Assembly: GCF_964355755.1 (NCBI RefSeq)
Contig: NC_092680.1
Location: 9,424,001 to 9,488,000, forward strand
Source of the DNA: Antedon mediterranea
Lineage: Eukaryota; Animalia; Echinodermata
DNA: 64,000 bases
Direction of reading: 5' to 3'
Numbering within the stretch: position 1 is the stretch's first letter; each line of letters starts with the position of its first letter. Positions 1 through 14,100 of the stretch are shown one piece after another. A model generated the notes under the pieces. It was not told the origin of the DNA. It did no database searches and was given only the letters and a program-made list of their open reading frames with translations. A program made the translations under genes and the position numbers.

Positions 1-1519
1 TAAATATTTACTTTTTCTACTAGAATAATAATAGTAATGATAAGAATGTATTACATAATGATTTATTTTAATTTTAAACACTATCTGTAACTAAAGCTAT
101 TTTTTAAAGTGAAAGTGAAATTGTCTGTAAATAGAATTAATTAAGTTGGCTATAAATGTGAATCAATTTCAAAACGAATGTCAATTAATTTCAGCTACTA
201 TAACCTTGTGTACAGTATATTGCATTATCTTTGCCTTCAAATGGTGGAGTAATAGTGTCAGGGCCTGTGAGAACAGAAACATTTATCTATTTGTATATTG
301 TGGGTGGAATAGTGTGTGATGATAGATAGCAGATTTTAGGGAAATTCCCTGCTTTAAGATGCATACTTTCCTTATTAATGTAGTAAGTGTAGGTGGACTA
401 TTACTTTAATTTGAAATTGTGATAAGCTGAATAAAGAGGAATAAAATAAAGTCAAAACTTAAAATCCATTTGGTGTTAGTTAGCTTTTTCTGGTTGTCCT
501 ACAGCCATGGTACACAACTAGCAAAAATAATAAAATTATTGATGTGACTCAATGAATTATCAACGGGTAAGTTGTTGCTAATTTTGGTGACTTAGGCCAA
601 CTTCATAATCTTATCGTTTTCCATTATGCTCTTGACCATGACACCCAAGTGAAAGAAAGTGGGGTTGCGGATTATGTGCTGATAACGTCACTGTAAAATT
701 ATAGTGCAATTCCCTGAAGGGTATTTAGACTCTGTGCATAAATGTGAAAGCAGTTTTAAGACCTTGGCATTTACAGAAAGCTCTGCCAGTGTTTTTTTGT
801 TCGCGCCGCACCTGTAGGCAGTGTTAACATTGAGAACGGAATCATAGAAACTGTATTATCGCTAAAGCTATTTTACTTGGGTTGACATTTTTGGGATTTT
901 GTAAACTAGACTAATTTATAGGTCCATGTTGCTCAACCCAACGTACGTGCGGTGTGGTAGTACAGTAGACAGCGTGAGTTTCTGTAGTATAAAGTTTGAA
1001 TAGCCTTAGTTTTACAGCCGTCTAATAAACGTCACATGATATTCGATTTTTTCGATAGGTGGCGGTATAAATTGCGCAATATTTGACTGCATGATGATTG
1101 GTGTGTACTGCATGATAAATGTGAACTGAAGGCAGAGGAGGCGTTCCATATTACTGTACCTTAACATTGATTCAACATTTGTTAATTTCTATCAATGGTA
1201 CATAGATGTATAGAAAATGTCAATATTTTACAATTAAATTTCATTTATACTTTTATAAAATATTGCACAAATTTGAATACGGTCAGTGTTTTAAATTTTA
1301 AAATCTTTAAAACATATTGTAATTGTACAACTAGTTTTTATGTCTAAAAATTTAAAATAATAGAAAGGTATACCAAATTATGACAGGTTTATAGATAAAA
1401 CAATTTAACTAAAATATTATAAACTGGCACAAAAATTCTTTATGTTGACATTGAGTAGTATTACTTGCAGTTAAAAATCATAAAATCATATTTTATATCA
1501 GAAGAAAAAATATATATTG

Positions 1520-3530
1520 AATGTGCATCTCATTTAGGTAAGCATACAGCGACCATAATAAATATAAAGCTATCTGCAGCTCGAGGCAGACACTGCGCGG
1601 TGTGCATCTCATTAGTAAACATCCAGGGACCATAATATTAAACTGTCTGCAGCTCAGGGGCAGATACTGGGTACATCTCATTAAGTAAACATTCAGGGAA
1701 TGAAGCTGTCTGCAGCTCGAGGGGCAGATACTGAACTGTATGTGTATCTCATTTAGGTAAGCATCCATACACTATATTATGAAGCTGTCTGCAGCTACTG
1801 CACTGTATGTGCATCTCATTTAGGTAAGCATCCATTCCATTATGAAGATGTCTGCAGCTACTGCACTGTATGTGCATCTCATTTAGGTAAGCATCCATTC
1901 CATTATGAAGATGTCTGCAGCTACTGTACTGTATGTGTATCTCATTTAGGTAAGCATCCAGACACTATATTATGAAGATGTCTGCAGCTACTGCACTGTA
2001 TGTGCATCTCATTTAGGTAAGCATCCATACACTATATTATGAAGATGTCTGCAGCTACTGCACTGTATGTGCATCTCATTTAGGTAAGCATCCAGACACT
2101 ATATTATGAAGCTGTCTGCAGCTACTGCACTGTATGTGCATCTCACTTAGGTAAGCATCCAGACACTATATTATGAAGCTGTCTGCAGCTACTGCACTGT
2201 ATGTGCATCTCATTTAGGTAAGCATCCATACACTATATTATGAAGATGTCTGCAGCTACTGCACTGTATGTGTATCTCATTTAGGTAAGCATCCATACAC
2301 TATATTATGAAGCTGTCTGCAGCTACTGCACTGTATGTGCATCTCATTTAGGTAAGCATCCATTCCATTATGAAGATGTCTGCAGCTACTGCACTGTATG
2401 TGTATCTCATTTAGGTAAGCATCCAGACACTATATTATGAAGATGTCTGCAGAAACTGCACTGTATGTGCATCTCATTTAGGTAAGCATCCAGACACTAT
2501 ATTATGAAGATGTCTGCAGCTACTGCACTGTATGTGTATCTCATTTAGGTAAGCATCCATACACTATATTATGAAGATGTCTGCAGCTACTGCACTGTAT
2601 GTGCATCTCATTTAGGTAAGCATCCAGACACTATATTATGAAGATGTCTGCAGCTACTGCACTGTATGTGCATCTCATTTAGGTAAGCATCCAGACACTA
2701 TATTATGAAGATGTCTGCAGCTACTGCACTGTATGTGCATCTCATTTAGGTAAGCATCCATTCCATTATGAAGATGTCTGCAGCTACTGCACTGTATGTG
2801 CATCTCATTTAGGTAAGCATCCATTCCATTATGAAGATGTCTGCAGCTACTGTACTGTATGTGTATCTCATTTAGGTAAGCATCCAGACACTATATTATG
2901 AAGATGTCTGCAGCTACTGCACTGTATGTGCATCTCATTTAGGTAAGCATCCAGACACTATATTATGAAGATGTCTGCAGCTACTGCACTGTATGTGCAT
3001 CTCATTTAGGTAAGCATCCATACACTATATTATGAAGATGTCTGCAGCTACTGCACTGTATGTGCATCTCATTTAGGTAAGCATCCAGACACTATATTAT
3101 GAAGATGTCTGCAGCTACTGCACTGTATGTGCATCTCATTTAGGTAAGCATCCATACACTATATTATGAAGATGTCTGCAGCTACTGCACTGTATGTGCA
3201 TCTCATTTAGGTAAACATCCATTCGATTATGAAGATGTCTGCAGCTACTGCACTGTATGTGCATCTCATTTAGGTAAGCATCCAGACACTATATTATGAA
3301 GATGTCTGCAGCTACTGCACTGTATGTGCATCTCATTTAGGTAAGCATCCAATTTAGGTAAGCATCCATTCCATTATGAAGATGTCTGCAGCTACTGCAC
3401 TGTATGTGCATCTCATTTAGGTAAGCATCCAGACACTATTCTATATTATGAAGCTGTCTGCAGCTACTGCACTGTATGTGCATCTCATTTAGGTAAGCAT
3501 CCATTCCATTATGAAGATGTCTGCAGCTCA
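1520..3530 (+). repeat. Minisatellite, ~30 copies of 67-bp and 63-bp variant units
   Basis: Unit TATTATGAAGATGTCTGCAGCTACTGCACTGTATGTGCATCTCATTTAGGTAAGCATCCAGACACTA (or the shorter ...CATCCATTCC form); degenerate at the 5' edge. Confidence 0.97.
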
Positions 3531-3719
3531 AGGCATATGCTGCACAGCTCATACTTATTGTATGTGCTAAATGCCTTGCATTGGAATATGTATCTACAAT
3601 TGTGAATTTCACTATACATTCCTTATACAAATTTAGTCTACTTTAGGTGTTCAATAAAGTCTACCAATAGGATATAATTAAAGAAGAAATCCCAGTCAAT
3701 GACAAATTATTAGAATTAC

Positions 3720-4880
3720 AATATTAAGAATATTACGTTGATGTTTTTGAAATATAAAGCATTTATATTATTTATTATGAGAAGTATACAAACAAATAAT
3801 CTACAATCCAATAGCTTCCAGAAAACATTTAATCATGAGTATCACTTTTTATTCTGACAAGCTATAACAGATTGAAATTTACTGTAAAAATGAAAATAAG
3901 TGACACACATTATTTACATTTTTAGACATGATGACATCATAAAAAAATTAAAATATTTAATCATGCTAAAGATAATTGATTGACCTAGACAATATTCAAA
4001 TCTGGGGGGAAATGGAATATAGATAAGCAAAATGAGCTCTATTTAATGTGATGAGACGAAAGAGACGAAAATCGTGCGTGGCCATATAATGATGTCATAA
4101 CATCCGAGAGGTAAAGATTGTGGATGAATTCATATCTACAACTTATCTACTTGCATAATAAATTGTAAAAAATCTGGATCACTGTTGATCCTGAGGAGCT
4201 ATAAAAAAAAAAAGTTTTAACATGCGCAAAATGTCATAATTGGTGTAGAAAGTTGATTTGAAATTAATTTAGAAATTTTAAATGTGCATGTGCGCGTAAC
4301 TTTGTGTAGAACATGCCACGTAGAAACAAGAAAGTTTGCCCTTGATATGACTTAAATTTTCCCAAAGACCGTGTAGAGTCGGACAATACGTGAGGCTTGG
4401 GTTTTGGAAATTGAATTGTAAATAAGAGAACAAAAGTCTAAATTAGGTTGGATACGGGCGATTATAGATAAACTTTGGAAGAATGAAAGATATTTTCCAT
4501 TGCGCCACATCAGCCCAAGCAGCTTTAATTGCATTTATTAAGAAGATGTTCAACATGAAAAGAAAAAGTAAGGGAACTATCTAAAATAATACCAAGATGA
4601 CGATGTTGATGCACCTTATTAATAGAATTGTTTGTTTTTTAATCTATGATCAATCATTGAAATTCATGAATCGCACATAAGTCACGTTTCGCAATTCTTA
4701 CGTCATTCAAAAATAGGAGGTGCACAACTTCACGTAAATGTCCACATGTTAACAAAGTTATGAAATGTTACGTTTACGGGTTTTTTAGATACGTGAGCCA
4801 CAAAAATGACAGAAAACAGAAGAATACTGGAGAAAAGAGAAAAAAAGAAACATGACAGTTACAAGGAGTTATCTACTAAT
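3720..4880 (-). mobile_element. Degenerate copy of the HINE/Helentron-like family also found at 34720-35940 and 59070-61282
   Basis: Shared blocks, e.g. gaattcatatctacaa and cctgaggagctataa. End sequence gacagttacaaggagttatc resembles gacaataacagggggttatc at 61240. Boundaries approximate. Confidence 0.55.
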
Positions 4881-6034
4881 TAAAGTACTGTAGGCTATAA
4901 AATAATATTTATTCAAATTCTGGTGCAGTGCTTAATATAAGATTAAATAGAAAACCCAATACATGAGATAGATGTCATAGGGATGTGTGTCTATTCTGTT
5001 GGTCATGCTGTCTTGCAAGTTGCAGTGTCATCCTAAACTGCACTACTTCTAGGTATCAAAGAAATGTCATACAACTGCTTCAAAATACCTATCATTTTAT
5101 TAATAAAAGCATAATTTAATGCAGACCCACATGCCTCTGTAGTTGTTGGTATTTTGTCTCCTCAATGCACATGCTTGTATGATCAGCCTATGACATAGCT
5201 GCTGCACCAGTTTTATTCACTCTACATTAGTTCGACAAATTGCGAATGTGTTGCCATAGTGATGAACTTGTTATTTTAACCTTTAAAAGTCAAATATACA
5301 ATTATATAAATATAGTGCCATCTACTTTTTAGCAGCAATGCTACATGCTAATAACAAAGGGTTTGTTTTCTTGTATTTTTAGATGTTTTTTTACTGTATT
5401 ATGTCTAAATTTAGTTGGGAATTTTTAGTTGTTGTAATACTGTATTTACATTTAAAAACAATTGCTTTTATAGATTTATTATTAACAAAATTCGGTGTAA
5501 GCTTTGTCAATTTTCAATGATTGAAAAAAATATCTTGTAGCTTACTAGTCCATTGGATAAATTCTTCAGAATGACAATAGTGGAACTGATGATGGGACGG
5601 TTCTTATACTGTATTACTTCGGCCACGCATTTTTAATGTGCTTGTTTTTAAATGTTGTCTCTATTTGGGGAAAACTGACTTTTTATCCAGGTATTCCAGG
5701 TATAAATGGCAGGCATATATTGTTTGCTGCAACAACATGTGTGTACATGTTATCTTTTCTCAAATTAGATTGGTCAACTTTGCTTACATTGCTTTATAGT
5801 CTTCAGACATAGCATGTTCAACAACTACGTGCCATTCATTCCTGTTGTGAGCCGGGTCTGTCTCAAGTGAGCCTGTGTAATTGAATACATTTTTCAAATC
5901 ATCCTGTATCATCTTATTCCATGTTTTTTAGGTCTCTTCCAATGAGTCTTTTTATTTTCTTTTTTTTCCTTTAGAGATAGTTTCATGATGACTATACCAA
6001 TTTAGTCTTATGTATAAACTTTGAACTCTTTTAG

Positions 6035-6226
6035 GCTGAATTCACAGCAATGAGAGACCAATACATGAGAGGAGGCGAGGGATTTATCATATGTTACTCA
6101 ATAACAGATAGAAGAAGTTTTGAAGAAGCTGCTGAATTTAAGAAACTTATAGAACGTGTACGCAATACAGATGATATACCAATTGTACTAGTTGGAAACA
6201 AATACGATTTAGAAAACCTACGAGTA
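6035..6226 (+). CDS. RIT1: RIT-like GTPase penultimate coding exon
   Basis: tttag|GCTGAATTC ... CGAGTA|gtaagt; 192 nt, phase 0/0. Confidence 0.93.
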
Positions 6227-6695
6227 GTAAGTTAAATTTATTTTTGCCCCGATTTTTTTTTTAGCTTAGCTAGCCGATTCTCATGCAGTATCATCGCATA
6301 TACTAAAATGTATTTAAAAAAAATAAATATAGGTTTTAGTATGTACTGTATATACAATATATTATGCTGGTACCAAATTGTTTATTTTTTATATTTTAAA
6401 TGAGACAAATATTAAATGAAAAAAAAGAAAAGAAATATTAACACTATCACTTTTGTAGGTAACCCTTGAAGAAGGCCAAGCACTTGGTCGTGAATTTGGT
6501 TGTCCATTTTTTGAGACGTCAGCAGCCCTTAGACACTTTGTTGACGATGTCTTCCACACATTGGTCAGGGATATAAGAAAGAAAGAAAAAGCAATAGCAA
6601 TGGAAAAAGACGCTAAAAAGAAGAATAAACACAAACTGAGGAATCTCGTACATAGAGTGATGCGCAAACAAAAAAATGGAACATTGAAATCATGA
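6035..6695 (+). CDS. RIT1: RIT1/RIT2 (Ric)-family Ras-like GTPase, last two coding exons (6035-6226, 6459-6695); earlier exons not found in the window
   Basis: Spliced translation [32 protein letters not shown]...VLVGNKYDL...|[44 protein letters not shown]...KNGTLKS*. It has G4 NKxD and G5 ETSA motifs and a polybasic C-terminus with no CAAX box, as in RIT. Canonical AG/GT sites. Confidence 0.93.
6459..6695 (+). CDS. RIT1: RIT-like GTPase last coding exon
   Basis: tttgtag|GTAACCCTT ... TCATGA stop; 237 nt. Confidence 0.92.
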   Translation, partial: VTLEEGQALGREFGCPFFETSAALRHFVDDVFHTLVRDIRKKEKAIAMEKDAKKKNKHKLRNLVHRVMRKQKNGTLKS

Positions 6696-9480
6696 ATAAT
6701 GCAAGTAAAATTGACTTAAATCATGGTGCTTATGTCGGGGGATGCGATGAGACAATTATCAAAACAACAAGACCTAAATAAAAGAAAAAGATCACAAAAT
6801 TCAAGAATAACTAAACAAAGCACACAGTATATACAACATTTTATAAAGAAGAAATCTCCTTTCGAATTTATATTTGGTTTGAATTTTTTCTTTTTTTCGA
6901 AACTTGAAGGAAAAAGCCTGACAAGAAACATGACGTAACTACTCTTGACTATATAAAAATTGAATAATCTGACTATTGATGAAATAACTTGTACAGAAAT
7001 AGTCCTACCCAAAAATTTGAATATTTTTCTTATTTTAGGTAGAATATTATGTTTTTAAGATGTACAATTATGATTTATATTTTATTACATATTTTTCATA
7101 TCAACACTTTTTACATTTTCTTAATATATTTTATGAAAGACTGATATGTTTTAAGATACAATTATTACTATATTTAGTACATTTCATTATTACAATTTGC
7201 ATACTCACAATGTTATTCCATTCATTCCTACATAAATAAACTCATACTCAATAATTATGTCAAAGGTCACAATTTCGGTAATGATAACTACAATGAGATT
7301 AATCTGAAAAAAGTCTTAAAGCCTGTTACATTATTATAACATTGCTCAATAATATGTAACTTATGTATGAATAATTGATTGTAATTATGTGCTTGTGTAT
7401 GTTTTAACATGAATTCACATGTATAATGCATTATATACTGTACATTCATGTATTATGAAATGTATGAATGACATGTGAATATCATACGTAAAAAACCAAA
7501 TTTATGTTTTGTTTAGAGATTATGATTTGGCCAAATACAGGGTGTATATTATTTATTATAATTTAGTTAGATAGACTGTTAATAGAAATAATTGTAAAAT
7601 AAGATTATAGATTATTTTAAACCGGAAATCATCTGTTGTTTTTTTAAGGACCAAAGATTACAGGTTTTAAAGCAAACACTATCAAAAACAATTCCCGGAA
7701 ATATAATTTGATCATCTTGAAAAGTGGATAAAACATTTAATTATTATATATCTTGGCTGTTTATGTCAAATGCGTTTTCTTATTCTTTAGGAATTGTCCA
7801 TTTTACAATGTATACACTACATACCTATGTCTATTAAGCTGTGAGCAATTCTTTTCACTATGCCTCGATATGGTTTGATTGCAAAAACTATATTAACGTG
7901 TCATGTCGTCTACAGGATGACTTGCAGTGAGTATGAATAGTATTCTACAACATAGAAAGCCAATCCTTGAATTTCCTTTTTTGTGATATATCCAACAATA
8001 AAATGGAATGGAGGGATGGATTGTGAAATTAAAATATTTTTTCCATTCTATAGACAATGTTTGGTATTGATTATCAATTTCTTGCTCCTGGTTATTGATT
8101 TGTACATTTTGCATTGATAAACTCTTATAGCCATCGACCACTATGGGCGTCGGCTACAATTACCCTTGACTTTGAGGTTAGGAAATACTAACAATTATAA
8201 GGTACAGTAGGATAATGTTGAATCTAACGTTATCTGGATAATAAGAGAAGGCATGATTTAACATTTGAATGTTTACTTAATCAGTCATCAGCAAACCTCA
8301 TTTCAGATTAAATTCATATAAATAGGCCAGATAATTGGTTTATGTAAAATTTTTTAGATGAGCTTAATTTTAATGCTTAATATTTTGGATTTACACCGTA
8401 CTTAAAATTGATATGTGGTAATGGACAAAATAGTTATATTGTCCCCATGAAACACTTTTTGAATAGGCCAATTTAATGTTTATTAAATACTTATTCTCTT
8501 TTACCAAACTTAAATAAATAAAAATTACCTTAAAATATAGCCAACCCATTGTTTTGTAGACAATGTTTCTAGTTAAATGTTATTTTTCTTAATTCTTTGT
8601 AAAGAAAGTGAATAACTTACACTTACAAAAAGGCCTATTCAACATTTAATTTTATTCAATAAAATTATTCATGTTTTTGGGGAACAATATATCTTAAGAG
8701 ACAATGATTGGCACATACAGATGTACAGTATCTTTCAACCCTACCAATAAGTGATGTATTATGTATATTTGAGATCTTGCTTATAAATGTATACCTAGCA
8801 AGTATAACAATGTCTAATTTTTAATTAAGAAGAGGAATTTTAATATACATTTTTTTTCTATTTGTATTTTGTTATTTTATGTACAATATTATTACTTCCA
8901 ATATGAAATCTATTTATATAAATTTATTGTAAGAAAATGTATTTCATATTTATGTATAAAAGTATCCACATTAAAAGAGTCCAAGGGGGTTGGGTTGTGA
9001 TATGATGCTAGTTTTTGTTTAATGTAAATTTTTATATCTTTTTATATTTTATTGAGACGTCCATTGCAGTATGATTCAATTCAACACAGTATTTACACAC
9101 GTGTATAATCGTGTGTGAAACTTACCGATAATGATGATAATAATAATAATCAATATTGCTAATGGGTGCTACAATCTTAACGTAACAAATCACAAAGCAT
9201 TATAGGTATTAATTGGCATGTCCCCACCCCTATTGAATTGGAATCGAGAGTTGCGGTCGAATTGGAGGTAATTTAAATGAGCATAGTTTTAATACTTAAT
9301 CATTTAATTAAAACCATACACAAAATTGATATGCGGTGATGAAAATTGACAAAATTTAATATTCCAAATGATGTATCCCAGCATTATTTCAAGGAACGTT
9401 GTTTGGGAGTGAATTTAGATTACTACTACTACTAAACAACACTAGATCACAGTGAGATCAGTGGTGTAACGCAGGGGGAA

Positions 9481-10240
9481 AAGCTTAGCCGCTCATAGCC
9501 ATTACGCCACCAAGTGTGATGCAAAAGGCTTAGCCGCTCATAGCCATTACGCCACCAAGTGTGATGCAAAAGGCTTAGCCGCTCATAGCCATTACGCCAC
9601 CAAGTGTGATGCAAAAGGCTTAGCCGCTCATAGCCATTACGCCACCAAGTGTGATGCAAAAGGCTTAGCCGCTCATAGCCATTACGCCACCAAGTGTGAT
9701 GCAAAAGGCTTAGCCGCTCATAGCCATTACGCCACCAAGTGTGATGCAAAAGGCTTAGCCGCTCATAGCCATTACGCCACCAAGTGTGATGCAAAAGGCT
9801 TAGCCGCTCATAGCCATTACGCCACCAAGTGTGATGCAAAAGGCTTAGCCGCTCATAGCCATTACGCCACCAAGTGTGATGCAAAAGGCTTAGCCGCTCA
9901 TAGCCATTACGCCACCAAGTGTGATGCAAAAGGCTTAGCCGCTCATAGCCATTACGCCACCAAGTGTGATGCAAAAGGCTTAGCCGCTCATAGCCATTAC
10001 GCCACCAAGTGTGATGCAAAAGGCTTAGCCGCTCATAGCCATTACACCACCAAGTGTGATGCAAAAGGCTTAGCCGCTCATAGCCATTAAGCCACCAAGT
10101 GTGATGCAAAAGGCTTAGCCGCTCATAGCCATTACGCCACCAAGTGTGATGCAAAAGGCTTAGCCGCTCATAGCCATTACGCCACCAAGTGTGATGCCAA
10201 AGGCTTAGCCGCTCATAGCCATTACGCCACCAAGTGTGAT
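9481..10240 (+). repeat. Near-perfect 45-bp minisatellite, ~17 copies
   Basis: Unit AGGCTTAGCCGCTCATAGCCATTACGCCACCAAGTGTGATGCAAA, with only a few substitutions. Confidence 0.98.
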
Positions 10241-11079
10241 CATGATGATGCAAATCTGAATACAGTAGTATTCTATGTGTATAATGAAAATGCTATATTA
10301 AGTATTGTATATTTAAATTTTGTTCTAGTTTGAATTAGAGATAACATTACATGTATCTGCCTGTAATGATTTATTATCCAGTAGGAACCTTGCCAAAAGA
10401 TTGTGGTAAATTGCTTATAAATCAACAATATCGGATTTCATTATGTAAAGTAGACATGGCAACAACAAACAAATAATATTTAGGTTTATGTACATTAAAA
10501 TCACATGCAAATGTTGAATAATAATATTTTATTTGAGTTTGATAAATGAATAAATGTTTATTATTAATTTTATTTTTTTTTCAATTTTTAGAAAACACAG
10601 AGATTGTTTATTAGTTATTTTAACCAGAAAAAAAATCTTTTTTTTTCTTCTATAATGTTCTTTAAAAAAAATAGTTTTATTTGTGTGGTGTTTTTTTTAA
10701 AAAGTTTTTCTGGCCACTAACATTTAAAGAGAGACTATAACAAATTTTCAGCAGAAGTTAAAAATGTTTTTACAGATATTTTAATAAATGCCTGGCAGCC
10801 AAATTAACGTTATGTTATACACACAAGTTTTGTATTAAAAAATTGGTGTTTTATTTATTTTTTTTATCATTGTAAGCAAAATTAAGATAGAAAATGTATG
10901 CATTATTTTTATCTTCTTACACGGCAGTATATTTTAATCATTATTGAATCTATTATTATTAATGTAAATTGCATTCAAAAATACTGTTGATAAATTTGTA
11001 TTTGTAAACTATGTACAATGTTTATTTATAGTTTGCATTGATTGATACTGAATGTGAAATAGTAGTTTTGTGCATTAAT

Positions 11080-11110
11080 GTATGTGTGTGGGTGGGGTGG
11101 GTGGGTGGGT
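11080..11110 (+). repeat. (GT)n/(GGGT)n microsatellite
   Basis: gtatgtgtgtgggtggggtgggtgggtgggt. Confidence 0.7.
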
Positions 11111-14100
11111 AGTGTAGTATATGACATCAGATATACCAACTGGTAATTAAAACTTCTTTCCAACCACTCAAATGTCACGCAACAAAAGGATGATGATGCA
11201 TTGAGAGGCCAGGGGTTTTTTGTCTTTATTAGTGGCTGTAAGGAGGACCCCTCCCACTCTTCCCCTGGTATATAAGAGTATCCTTACATTTACATCCTCC
11301 GCACCCTCCCCCTATTATATTATGATTAAGTTTCAATCAAGCAATTAATTTAATTCTGAATTCTAGAAGTTCTTAATAGTACACATTTTTATTAATATCA
11401 TTGTTTCTACATTTTCCCGTTTTTATATCATGAGCCCCTCTCCCCAACCCCTTATTTGGAATGTATGTAATCTGTAAGTACAGTAAGATTAATTCATTCC
11501 CTTTGAAGAAGTGTAGATAGCATCATTGTTATAGAGCCTTTAATCCACCCTGCCCTCATTAAAGCTATCACAGTTGTATGATCCCAATTTCAACCCAATC
11601 ACAGTTGTCATTAGCAACATTTCAATTTACACCAATTTGCATGGATAAAATTAAATGTTTTTTTATAAGTCATACCTTAATTATTTAAAAAAATGCTGTG
11701 TTCACACATGAGTTTTTTCTATGAATTGTTTTGTTTAGAATACTGTACCACCATTTTTTTATATGCAGTTTTTTTTTTTTAACAAGTTTTCCGATATTGT
11801 TGCTGTTCAATCAATAATGTGTTAAATATTTGTTTTATTCATGAAAAAAAATGTATACCAAGTACAGTAGTTACATCTTTCCTCTATTAAATGATTGCAA
11901 AAATAAGATTTATTTTTAGATTGGCTATTAATTATGTTATTTCAGGTGTGAGCATTTATGTGTTTAACAAAAACAAATTTGTCAATACATTTTTTTGTGA
12001 TATTTTGTACATGTCTGTTGAATAGCGCAATAAACTTATGTTCCAAATTAAAATGTACGATGTGTATTTTATGGAAAGCTAAATCCGCCAAAAATACATA
12101 ATTCCATCCACCAATCATTCGTACAAAATACATACCAACTAATCATATTTCATGCAGTTCAATGTTACAACGTTAATCTAATACAAAGGACATTCCTATT
12201 CCGGCCGGGGACACTTTCCCGTGAAGTGAACGAGTGGAAATATAAGTTTTGATACACTATCAAACACTTGCAGAGGATGTTTTGTTAGGTCCAAAAATGT
12301 CAAATGTCTCAAAAATCGTATTATTGTAGCAATTCACACAATTTACAGCATTCATTTAAAAAATAAGCCCTCTCTTCAGTTTGAAAAAATGATAATAAAA
12401 AAAAGAAGCCCATCTCGAAAAGAAGAGTCTTAAAGAAGAATCCCACAGCTTTATTCTTTTTAAGTATTTATTCTATCATATTACACAACATGGCAGATTC
12501 AATCTATCTTTTAGCTGAATTTTCACCAATCTTTTACCAAATCTATTCAATATTCAAATCCACTGCTTTTTTTCTGTGGAAATTTGCCAAATAGATTAAA
12601 ATATGACGTAAATACAATTCAGTCTAAATATACTGCGACAATGAATAGTTATATTAATCACTGTTACATATTTATGATGTATTTCTGATGAGAAATGGCC
12701 ATATAAAAAACGACCAAATGATCAAAAATAAAATCTAAAAATTAAATTGTAACAATTGTTAGCACATGATTGTACATTTATAATAATTTTTCACCAGGGT
12801 AAAATATTGTTTAAAACATTTTTTTTATTCTCAAGTTGTTAATTGATTTGTTTGAAAATGAGCAATTTAATTTTAAATTAATTATTTTGTTATTTTCACA
12901 TTAATTCAAGCATCAGGTGACAAATGGTACATTTATACTGCTGTTTAGTTGCTAAGAGCAGAATATCATTATCAGCTTTAAAAGGCTTCTCTATAATTTC
13001 GCTGTAAACAAACTTGACAACATCTCTGACGTCTTACTAGCTGCTTGCGTCATATTTTTTCCTAATAGTTATTATCAGTACATTAAATATGAACTATAAA
13101 TTGATGTCAATAGATACTTTCTATTGACTATGATAGAATGCAAGGTATATTTATAAAACATCTTCGATAATGTCAAGATTGCATAATTCTTGTCTGTTGT
13201 GCCATCACGTGATCTGCTACTGATTTAAAACGATCCCAGAAAATTCGGGAAAATTGTATCGTTTCCCTAGAAACTGGAATGTGCCATTATTGTTAGGAGT
13301 GGTCGTATCCTATAGCATAATTATGAAGGTAATATAATTCCAACAAGTTATATTGTTGTATATCATTTCGGTTGGCCCATAAAAAATTAAAACAAAATAA
13401 ATCATAGATCACTATTTTAATAATGATGGTTTATTACAGTGTAAATTAAAATTCTAAATAATAGGTCATATTTCCTTTTTTGCCAACAAACTCCATTTTA
13501 AATATTTTTAATGAATAATGACCGAATTGCTTACTCATCCATTTCAGTCAAGCTGGACAAGTATCTTATTCAAAATCAAGGGCGTTAAGAAAATATAATA
13601 TCATCAATATACAACTATTTACTAAGTAAAGAATTAAGGTATTCTTAATTTTGCTATTAAGTTAACATCATTAAGGATATAAACCCCCCGGAGATATAAA
13701 CTAAATTAATTATGCACTTTTAAATACATAGCTTGCAGTGCGATACGATATTACTTATTCATATCCCTACATTAAAATGGAATGTTCTCACTCATCGATC
13801 CAGGCACTCCGCGAATATTATTATTATTATCCAGGGTATATTTTCCCCGGGCGATAAACATTAGCTAACTGCCCTGCAGAATCGGGCATATAATTAAATC
13901 ATTTTGCAATGGTAGTGTACTTAGCCATTATCTTACTTTTAGTAGAACACAAACTGCATGTCTTAATCATACAGTAGGCCTACCTGCAATTTATTACCTC
14001 ATATGTTTCCAATGTAATAACATTTGTTAATCATACATTAGAATTAACACAAACATTGGATATTGCATGTTTTAAATTTTAAAAAGCAAATTACATTTTT

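Noticed and set aside
1493-3630. ORFs 1493-1768 and 3436-3630
   Set aside because: They are translations of minisatellite edges.
6389-7012. ORFs 6389-6667 (-), 6716-7012 (-) and 6723-6938 (+)
   Set aside because: Antisense shadow of the RIT last exon, and low-complexity 3' UTR sequence.
9447-10253. 268-aa ORF, or a CRISPR-like array
   Set aside because: It is a pure 45-bp tandem repeat with no unique spacers in a eukaryotic context. The ORF is a by-product of the unit length being divisible by 3.
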